This document shows, piece after piece, positions 56,772 to 64,000 of a stretch of DNA of 64,000 nucleotides. The notes below the pieces were generated by a model. It was not told the DNA's origin. It ran no database searches and saw nothing but the letters and a program-made list of their open reading frames with translations. Source of the stretch: an uncultured bacterium (GTDB taxonomy: Bacteria > Patescibacteriota > Minisyncoccia > Phycocordibacterales > GWA1-40-21); assembly GCA_963804975.1 (NCBI GenBank), contig CAWDSG010000001.1, positions 118 to 64,117 of the forward strand, given 5' to 3'. How positions within the stretch are numbered: the first letter of the stretch is position 1; every line of letters starts with the position of its first letter. The translations under genes were made by a program, and so were the position numbers.

Positions 56772-58191
56772 GGAATACATCATCGACCAGATGATCAAAG
56801 ACAAGACATTCCGTCTTGCCATGGTGAAGAAAAGCCATTACTGGTTTTTCCATTATTACTTCGGCAGAAAGTATGCAGAATTTCCAACGGCTGATTTTCA
56901 ACGAGAGATTTTCAATCTCACGGAAAATCCCGATCTTCGCAATATCGTCATTACCGCTTTTCGAGGAAGCGCAAAAAGCACGATCATCACCCTCTCATAT
57001 GTCATCTGGTCAATTGTCGGAGAAAAACAAAAGAAATTTATTCTCATATTGGGTCATACTCAAATGAGCACGCAGAAACATTTGATGAATATTAAAAAGG
57101 AATTGGAAAGTAACACGACTTTCAGAGATGACTTCGGACCGTTCAAAGAGGAAGTCGATCAAGACGGAACGCAATCAATTCTGCTTCCTCAATATGAAGC
57201 GAACATATCCACTCGTTCGATCGGACAAAATATTAGAGGTATACGGCACTTTCAGCACAGACCAGACTTGATCATTGCAGACGATATTGAGGATGCCGAG
57301 TCAGTCAAAACGCAAGAGAACAGAGATAAAATGTTCGACTGGCTCACGGGAGATGTCATTCCCGCGGGAGAAAGAAATACCCAACTCGTGTTTATCGGTA
57401 CTCCTTTGCACAATGATTCAACATTGATGAGAATGGAAAAGTTTTTCCAGAACGATGATCCGAGAAATGTCTTTAAAAAATATCCGATTGTCGATGAACA
57501 CAATGTACCGCTCTGGTCAGGCAAGTTTCAAACGCAGAAAGACATCGACGACGAGAAAACAAAATGTCTTGGAAACGAACTGACATGGCAGAGAGAATAT
57601 CTTTTGAAGATCGTCGACAATGATTATCAAATCATCAAAAGAAATGAGATTCACTACTACACCGAACTGCCGACTGTGGCTCCGAGATTCTCCGCCCTTT
57701 CCGTTGATCCCGCACGGTCGCAAAAAGCGACCGCTGATTGCACTGCCATGGTTTCGGGAAGAATATACGGATCGGGCAAGGACAGAAAATTGTACATTCT
57801 GCCGAATCCGGTGAACGAACGACTCACCACCGATCAACTTATAACCAAAGCAAAAAGTATTTCACGGAGTCTGAACAATTCGTCATATGCCCGGGTATAT
57901 GTCGAAGACGTGAACTTTCAAGGAATATTCACCGAGCTTTTGAAAAACGAAGGAGTGCCAGCAAAACCGTTTCCGGTAAAAGGTTGGAGCAAAGAAGATC
58001 GTTTGAATGCGGTATCGGCTTTGATTCAGCTCGGAAAAGTGCTTTTCGCCGACAAAGGCAACGAGGAACTTGTGGAACAGATACTGGGCTTCGGGAAAGA
58101 AAAACATGATGACCTTGTCGATGCGACCACCATGCTGATTCTTCAGATGTTCGAGGATTCGAAATTTACGCCGAGTGTAACATGGATATAG
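56749..58191 (+). CDS. Phage terminase large subunit
   Basis: FRGSAKST Walker A, RPDLIIADDIE Walker B, IGTP, VDPA, HDDLVDA nuclease motif. Confidence 0.92.
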   Translation: MENQNRNEEYIIDQMIKDKTFRLAMVKKSHYWFFHYYFGRKYAEFPTADFQREIFNLTENPDLRNIVITAFRGSAKSTIITLSYVIWSIVGEKQKKFILILGHTQMSTQKHLMNIKKELESNTTFRDDFGPFKEEVDQDGTQSILLPQYEANISTRSIGQNIRGIRHFQHRPDLIIADDIEDAESVKTQENRDKMFDWLTGDVIPAGERNTQLVFIGTPLHNDSTLMRMEKFFQNDDPRNVFKKYPIVDEHNVPLWSGKFQTQKDIDDEKTKCLGNELTWQREYLLKIVDNDYQIIKRNEIHYYTELPTVAPRFSALSVDPARSQKATADCTAMVSGRIYGSGKDRKLYILPNPVNERLTTDQLITKAKSISRSLNNSSYARVYVEDVNFQGIFTELLKNEGVPAKPFPVKGWSKEDRLNAVSALIQLGKVLFADKGNEELVEQILGFGKEKHDDLVDATTMLILQMFEDSKFTPSVTWI

Positions 58192-58193
58192 AT

Positions 58194-58850
58194 TTATAGA
58201 CCAACCGCATTGGCTCCATATTCCGCTTGTGCTTCTGTGAACTTGTCATACTCTAGTTGTGTGATTAAACTGCCTCGTGAAAAAGCGGAATAGCTCATGT
58301 AATCTTTTGCCTTTGCAGCCGCCTGTGCATTCCAGTCAGCACCTGAATTATCTGCGCCATAAATCGCATCCGCCTGTGAAAATTGATCGTACTCCAATTG
58401 AGCAACCAATCCATCGTGAGAAAATGCCGTGTAGTTTAAATAATCTATTGCTTTTGCAACAGCATTTGCCTGACTGACCGTTTCGCTTGGCGCTGTCGAT
58501 TGAACTGGAGCAGGTGTCGGTGCTGGTGTTGAAACAACCACAGGAGTTTGCGTAGGTTGAGTCACAACTGCTTTCTTGGTAATGACAGGCGCTTGAGTGA
58601 CTGGCTGTGCAACTGGTGCAGACGTTGTTGCAACAGGTGTTGGATTTTCGGTTGTTGCCACAACAGGTGCGTTTTGTGTCTGAGTGGCTGGAGAAGCTAT
58701 CGCCGCACAGATAAAGAAAAAGACAATGAGTCCACCACCGACCAAGGTGACATCTTTTCGAGATTTCAATTTTACAACTTCCGGTTTTGTTAAACCAACA
58801 ATCAATACAACGATTGATACAAGTATCAGAACAATAAATAATGATTCCAT
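58194..58850 (-). CDS. Ltp-family surface protein (superinfection-exclusion-like)
   Basis: TM helices, Thr/Pro linker, two repeats A..KA.DY....FS..L..QLEYD.F. Confidence 0.88.
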   Translation of the reverse strand: MESLFIVLILVSIVVLIVGLTKPEVVKLKSRKDVTLVGGGLIVFFFICAAIASPATQTQNAPVVATTENPTPVATTSAPVAQPVTQAPVITKKAVVTQPTQTPVVVSTPAPTPAPVQSTAPSETVSQANAVAKAIDYLNYTAFSHDGLVAQLEYDQFSQADAIYGADNSGADWNAQAAAKAKDYMSYSAFSRGSLITQLEYDKFTEAQAEYGANAVGL

Positions 58851-58859
58851 TTTTTATTT

Positions 58860-59070
58860 TTACTAGCTGATAAAGCCAGTGATGGAATTTTTGGAAAACA
58901 AAAAGCCCACCACATGGGTGATGGCTTGCGCCATCCATACCAGTTTCCCGATATGACCAATGACGATAGCCCCATATGATGGGTTTTCTATTCGTCATTG
59001 GCTTTCTTTCATCATGCCAGCAATTACTCACTGGTTTAGATTACTTCTACTTATTCAGTTGTCAGTGAAC
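58860..59070 (-). promoter_or_regulatory. Structured 5' leader of the Ltp gene with a terminator-like hairpin
   Basis: Consecutive hairpins with GAAA and GCAA tetraloops, then a stem plus UUUUUGUUUU; TTGAAT-N17-TATTAT upstream. Confidence 0.55.
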
Positions 59071-59155
59071 ATAATAGCTCTTTTGCAACTATTATTCAAC
59101 CGATCATATCGCCGATCACTTCTTTTGCTAAGCGAAGTTGCCAACAGACAAAATT

Positions 59156-59737
59156 CTATTGTATTTGTACAACAATATGGCTCATAGTCCCCAAAACACC
59201 TTCCAGATAGTTACTTAAGAGAAAAGACATCCCAGTTAAAATCGCAGCGATAATAAGTGCAAATATAAAAAATATTTTTTCAGGAGATTTCTGTTTAAGA
59301 AAAGAAATTCCATTGGACACAAATTTTACTCTAAAAAGATAATGCGACACTGGCATTGTAACCATCAATGGAATAATAACTGGCAGTACGAAATGAGATA
59401 AATTTCTGTATAAGATACAGAAAAATGCAACGACAAGAATATAGCCGATAATTAGCACATATTTAAAAGCTCTTAATCTCGGTTCTACTTTTGGTGGAAA
59501 TTTAAAAATAATTTCTGACCATATTAGCATTGCGCCGATCATCATAAGAAGTATAAACGCATATGCAATCAAAATTGCCCAAAGAGGAACAATTTTATTT
59601 ACCATAGTTGCTTGTAACACAGTTCCCAAAACACCTGAAAAACCGAGCATGGTTCCCATAGAAGAAATAAGAAAACTGTTCTCTTTCAAAAAAGATTGCA
59701 GGGATACTTTTTCAGCTGTTTTTTCTTCGATTTCCAT
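59156..59737 (-). CDS. Multi-pass membrane protein
   Basis: About 5 hydrophobic segments. Confidence 0.7.
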   Translation of the reverse strand: MEIEEKTAEKVSLQSFLKENSFLISSMGTMLGFSGVLGTVLQATMVNKIVPLWAILIAYAFILLMMIGAMLIWSEIIFKFPPKVEPRLRAFKYVLIIGYILVVAFFCILYRNLSHFVLPVIIPLMVTMPVSHYLFRVKFVSNGISFLKQKSPEKIFFIFALIIAAILTGMSFLLSNYLEGVLGTMSHIVVQIQ

Positions 59738-59844
59738 ATATTGGAAATCTAGTCCTTTTTACAGAAATAGCAAGTCAGAAATTGCCAACGTATTGTCAAC
59801 GATTAGTGCTTAGCAGGGCACTCTTTCTCTGTCATTAATATTGT

Positions 59845-61164
59845 ATGGAAACTAAAGTTGCGATTCCAATATTCAATCAAATTGTGCCACCGGTGGAAAA
59901 AGTGAAATACGTACTGTATGCCAGAAAAAGTACCGAGAGCGAAGAAAGGCAAATCCTTTCGATTGATTCGCAAGTCAAAGAAATGCTGCAACTGGCAGAA
60001 CGTGAAAATCTGGAAATTGTGGATATTCGAAGAGAAGCTCATTCAGCCAAAGATTCAGGACAAAGACCGGTGTTCAAGGAAATACTCTCTGATGTAAGAA
60101 GAGGAAGATTCAACGGCATACTGGCTTGGGATGCAAGCAGAATCAGTCGTAATGCAGGTGATCTTGGAAGTATTGTAGATCTCATGGATCAGAAACTTCT
60201 CCTTGATATTCGTACCTATGGACAGCAATTCAAGAACTCTCCGAATGAAAAGTTTTTGTTGATGATTCTCTGCTCACAGGCAAAGTTGGAGAATGATAAC
60301 CGAGTGATCAATGTAAAGCGAGGGCTTCGCACTCGATGTGAAATGGGACTAAGACCTGGAGTGGCACCGACAGGATATCTCAATGAAAAACGATCAGACA
60401 TGAAATGCCACGCTCGCATTGATCCAGAACGAGCACCTGTGATCAAAAAGATGTTCGAGAAAGTTGCATATGAGAAATGGAGCGGAAAGAAGATATACAA
60501 TTGGTTGAAATTTGAATTGAATTTCAGAACGGCAAATGGCAAGAAGAATTTGAGTTTGGGTAATGTCTTCGTTATTCTCTACAATCCTTTCTATTATGGA
60601 ATGTTTGAGTATCCAAAAGAAAGTGGTAATTGGTATCAAGGAAAACACCAACCGTTAATTACTAAAGAACTTTTCGATGCAGTTCAGGCTCAAATGAAAA
60701 GCAACGTTTTGAGAGTCGGGAACAAAGAATTTGCTTTTACCAAATTGATGACCTGTGGCCTTTGTGGATCGGGTATATGTGCCGATGAAAAATTCAAGAA
60801 ACACAAAAATGGCAATGTTCATAGATATGTTTATTATGGCTGTACCAAAAACAAAGATAAGAATTGTAAATGCGGATATATTGAAGAAAAAGATTTGATC
60901 AAACAGTTTGAATTGCTTCTTGATAAAATAGATATGAATGAAATCAGCATTAAAGAAAAAATTAAAACTGAAGTCGAACGATTTAAAAAATTCAATAGAG
61001 TATTACTCGGAATTACTGACAAAATAGAAATTGTTGATATTGATATAAGGGCTTATACAAAATTCATTTTGAGGGAAGGGACTGATTTGGAAAAAAGAGA
61101 GTTGTTGGGGTGTTTAAGGAGTAGTATCATGTTGAGTAATAAGAAAATCTCACTTAAATTTTAA
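59845..61164 (+). CDS. Large serine recombinase
   Basis: YARKSTE..RQ..SI.SQ, SRISRN, CGLCG Zn ribbon, YYGC. Confidence 0.95.
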   Translation: METKVAIPIFNQIVPPVEKVKYVLYARKSTESEERQILSIDSQVKEMLQLAERENLEIVDIRREAHSAKDSGQRPVFKEILSDVRRGRFNGILAWDASRISRNAGDLGSIVDLMDQKLLLDIRTYGQQFKNSPNEKFLLMILCSQAKLENDNRVINVKRGLRTRCEMGLRPGVAPTGYLNEKRSDMKCHARIDPERAPVIKKMFEKVAYEKWSGKKIYNWLKFELNFRTANGKKNLSLGNVFVILYNPFYYGMFEYPKESGNWYQGKHQPLITKELFDAVQAQMKSNVLRVGNKEFAFTKLMTCGLCGSGICADEKFKKHKNGNVHRYVYYGCTKNKDKNCKCGYIEEKDLIKQFELLLDKIDMNEISIKEKIKTEVERFKKFNRVLLGITDKIEIVDIDIRAYTKFILREGTDLEKRELLGCLRSSIMLSNKKISLKF

Positions 61165-61327
61165 TGTAGTATACAAGGCTATATTTTATATATTGAATCA
61201 TAATTTCTAATTATTTAGATGTTTACAACTTTATTTATGGCCTAATTGCTATATATATATAAAGTTATAATTACCAGGGTTAAATAAGTCGAGGGTTTTT
61301 TATTAATAACTATTTATATAATAATAT

Positions 61328-62971
61328 ATGAAAATGTTTGATAAAGTTTCAGCAATTGTATTGACTTTAGTGACCGTATTCGGTCTTACTGGTCCAATTG
61401 CTGCGTTTGCAGCTGGTCCAGCAACAGTCAATCTTTTATCAGCGGGTAATTATGTAATTTTGGCAAAGACAGCAATTACTACCACTCCTGGAGTAGTAGA
61501 CACCTCAATTACAGGAGATATTGGAGTTAGTCCAGCCGCCGCTGCTTCCATGACTGGATTTGCACAAGTATTAGATGTTTCAAATGCATTTTCTACATCA
61601 GCTTTGGTAACTGGAAAAATATATGCATCTGATTATGCTGTCCCTACTCCAGCTACGCTAACTACTGCCGTTCTTGATATGCAAAACGCATATACAGATG
61701 CTGCCACAAGAATACCAGGTGTTGGTGCTACAAATCTTAACGTTGGTGCTGGAACACTAAATGGACAAAACTTTGCACCAGGAACTTATACCTGGAATGG
61801 ACCAACCAGTAATGTAACTATCACAGGAGACATTACTCTTACTGGTTCAGCGTCAGATATTTGGATTTTTCAAGTAGCTGGAACTTTAGATCTTGCCTCA
61901 GGTAAGAAAATAATATTAGCTGGTGGGGCTCAACCCCAGAACGTTTTCTGGCAGGTTGCGGGTGCAGTAACTCTCGTAACAGGTTCACAATTTCAAGGAA
62001 TTATTTTAGCTCAGACAAATATAGCGATGCAGGACGGAGCTTCCTTAAATGGTAGAGCTTTAGCACAAACCGCAGTTACACTTATAGGAAACACCATTTT
62101 GATTTCTAATCCTGTTGTTGCTGCTCCTATTGTTCATCACAGACGATCAACCCCAAGACCAGTTCCAATTGTGCCAATAATCGGTTTGTTAAAAGTTCCT
62201 TCACCGCTTGCTTTACCAACAGGACCTGGAAAAGTCACTTATAACTATTCAGTTTGGAATGTTGCAAAATTACAGCAATTGACAGATATTACAGTTGTTG
62301 ATGATAAATGTAGTCCAGTAGTTTTGGTTTCTGGAGATACAAATAATAATGGTAAACTTGATTTAGATGAAACCTGGAACTATAGTTGCACGTCCGCACT
62401 TCTTAGTGGCACTACTACAAATACTGCTATAGCTACCGCTCATAGCACTGATGGTTATTACAACACAGCAATAGCTACCGCAATTGCTACAGTCGTTGTT
62501 GGCACGCCTATACAACCACCACTTATTCACATTGTAAAAGTGCCTAGCCAATTAGCACCATTACCATTTGGAGGGGGCGATATAACTTATTCATATACCG
62601 TAACAAATCCAGGTCCCGTTGCAATGAAAAATGTTAATGTTACAGACGATAAATGTTCAAATGTTACTGCTGTTTCTGTTGATCAAAACGGTAATGGTTT
62701 ACTTGATACAAATGAAACGTGGACATATACTTGCAAAACGAATGTTAAAGTTTCAACTGGAAGTGTTGCTACAGTAAAAGGTGATGCAAATGGTTTAACT
62801 GCAATGGCTTATGCATTCACTAATGTTTTGGTGGCAGCTCCTAGCCTTCCTAATACAGCTTTTGGTCCTGAAGGTTTAACTATTTCCTGGTTAGATATTA
62901 CTCTAGCACTCGCCGTCATAATACTTGCGGTCTGGCTTACTATGGTTCTAAAGAAAAGAAAAAATAACTAA
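61328..62971 (+). CDS. Ice-binding-like (DUF3494) protein with two Ig-like repeats and an LPNTA sorting signal
   Basis: Signal peptide; ITGDIGVSP, WIFQ, NVFWQVAG, GRALAQTAVTL; two 'V.DDKCS...D.N.NG.LD..ETW.Y.C' repeats; LPNTA-TM-KKRK. Confidence 0.88.
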   Translation: MKMFDKVSAIVLTLVTVFGLTGPIAAFAAGPATVNLLSAGNYVILAKTAITTTPGVVDTSITGDIGVSPAAAASMTGFAQVLDVSNAFSTSALVTGKIYASDYAVPTPATLTTAVLDMQNAYTDAATRIPGVGATNLNVGAGTLNGQNFAPGTYTWNGPTSNVTITGDITLTGSASDIWIFQVAGTLDLASGKKIILAGGAQPQNVFWQVAGAVTLVTGSQFQGIILAQTNIAMQDGASLNGRALAQTAVTLIGNTILISNPVVAAPIVHHRRSTPRPVPIVPIIGLLKVPSPLALPTGPGKVTYNYSVWNVAKLQQLTDITVVDDKCSPVVLVSGDTNNNGKLDLDETWNYSCTSALLSGTTTNTAIATAHSTDGYYNTAIATAIATVVVGTPIQPPLIHIVKVPSQLAPLPFGGGDITYSYTVTNPGPVAMKNVNVTDDKCSNVTAVSVDQNGNGLLDTNETWTYTCKTNVKVSTGSVATVKGDANGLTAMAYAFTNVLVAAPSLPNTAFGPEGLTISWLDITLALAVIILAVWLTMVLKKRKNN

Positions 62972-63089
62972 TCCATCTTTAAAAATAATTTGAGGTATAT
63001 GGAACTTCAAATTATGTTTCAGTTTAATTTGAAAGCAGTAATGGCCCCACCTCGGTAGGGCTATTACTTTAATAAAAAAATTCAAAAAG

Positions 63090-63746
63090 ATGCAGGCAAA
63101 AAAAATATTAAAATGGTCATTACTTGTTACTGGTGTTTTGGCAACCATATTATTTGTAGTGATTACCTTTTTCCCAGTATTGATTATCCCAAACCCAATT
63201 CCTAATCTTGAACCAATACCAATTCCACCCGTTATCAGCCAAGCCCTACAAAATCTGATTGATGCCCAATCTCAAAGCAACGTTTCTTTGGATCAATCAA
63301 AATCTAATCTTCCCATTCGTCTACAAATTCCCACTATCAAGGTTGATGCTGCTGTTGAATATTTAGGTATTACATCTGGAGGAGCAATGGATGTTCCAAA
63401 AGGACCTGATGATGTGGCGTGGTTTGATCTTGGTCCACGTCCAGGAGAAAAAGGTAGTGCCGTTATCGCTGGACATTATGGCTGGAAAAATAACATTCCT
63501 GCAGTGTTTGATAATTTATCTAAATTAAAAATTGGGGATAAAATCCATATTATAGATGACCTTGGGGCGACTACTACTTTTGTGGTTAGTGAAATAGGAA
63601 CTTATGATCAAAATGGGGATGCCGCCAATGTATTTAGTTCAAACGATGGAAAAGCACATCTCAATCTTATTACTTGTGAGGGAGTTTGGAACGTAGCCTC
63701 AAAAAGTCGCCCAAGTCGGTTGGTGATATTTACTAACAAAGAATAA
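63090..63746 (+). CDS. Class F sortase
   Basis: P.RL.IP, PGEKGSAVIAGH, LNLITC, R. Confidence 0.92.
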   Translation: MQAKKILKWSLLVTGVLATILFVVITFFPVLIIPNPIPNLEPIPIPPVISQALQNLIDAQSQSNVSLDQSKSNLPIRLQIPTIKVDAAVEYLGITSGGAMDVPKGPDDVAWFDLGPRPGEKGSAVIAGHYGWKNNIPAVFDNLSKLKIGDKIHIIDDLGATTTFVVSEIGTYDQNGDAANVFSSNDGKAHLNLITCEGVWNVASKSRPSRLVIFTNKE

Positions 63747-63792
63747 ATATGTTGTGGGCTTTATTTCTATGACGTGCTAAAATTATTACATT

Positions 63793-64000
63793 ATGAAAAA
63801 CAAAAAAATGGTTAAAAAAATGAAGGTAATTGCCAAAGATGTAGCAAAGAAAACAGGAACATTTATGAAAAAAGCTGGAAAAAAAGCAAATACAGAAGGA
63901 GGGAAAATGGTCAAAGCATTTAAGAAAGAGTGGAAAAAAGAACAACCTCAACGAGAAGAATATAAAAAGAAAATAATGGAGACTGCTAATAAAGCTGGGG
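63793..64000 (+). CDS. Lys-rich hypothetical protein, truncated by the window edge
   Basis: ATG at 63793, open to the end of the window. Confidence 0.5.
   Translation, partial: MKNKKMVKKMKVIAKDVAKKTGTFMKKAGKKANTEGGKMVKAFKKEWKKEQPQREEYKKKIMETANKAG

Larger units (their letters stand above)
52270..61164. mobile_element. Second integrative / defective-prophage-like region; boundaries uncertain and may extend beyond the window
   Basis: LexA-like repressor, ParB-MTase, terminase subunits, Ltp and serine recombinase; tRNA-Ser-like 3' remnant at 52270. Confidence 0.65.

Noticed and set aside
58348-59031. 227-aa ORF overlapping the Ltp gene on the same strand
   Set aside because: Alternative-frame read of the Thr/Pro/Ala-rich Ltp linker and structured leader; Cys-rich artefactual composition.
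1-64000. Alternative genetic code (TGA as Gly, code 25)
   Set aside because: Conserved genes translate full length with code 11, so there is no need to invoke recoding.

Overview
This looks like a Patescibacteria (CPR, Parcubacteria-like) chromosome segment. That is inferred from the gene inventory, the AT-rich SD-less starts of core genes and typical CPR hypothetical families. Bases 1-28.3 kb are core genome: recG, infC-rpmI-rplT, rplJL, a truncated S10 block (rpsJ-rplCDWB), the str operon (rpsL-rpsG-fusA-tuf), rpmB, a split comEC and rnhA. This part also has an unusual tRNA-Ile(UAU), a compact 6S-like RNA and an L10 leader. Two families of ~85-145 bp structured repeats occupy the gene junctions of the ribosomal-protein operons. 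Bases 28465-42092 are a capsid-less integrative element carrying a type III R-M system, a primase-helicase and a large serine recombinase. It is inserted at the 3' end of tRNA-His with a 10-bp direct repeat, and excision would swap the C-terminus of the recombinase. Bases 42.2-51.7 kb are core again (tRNA-Leu/Val/Arg, rplS, rluA, pilMNO-like genes, a YqgF-tRNA-binding fusion, malic enzyme). From ~52.3 kb a second mobile region carries a LexA-TIR-4TM-2TM operon (candidate Thoeris-like defence system), a ParB-MTase, terminase subunits with no capsid/portal genes, an Ltp protein and a second serine recombinase. It is followed by an ice-binding-like LPxT protein and a class F sortase. Single-base frameshifts in fusA and in several element genes are most likely sequencing errors. 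All homology calls come from motif recognition by eye, not from database searches.
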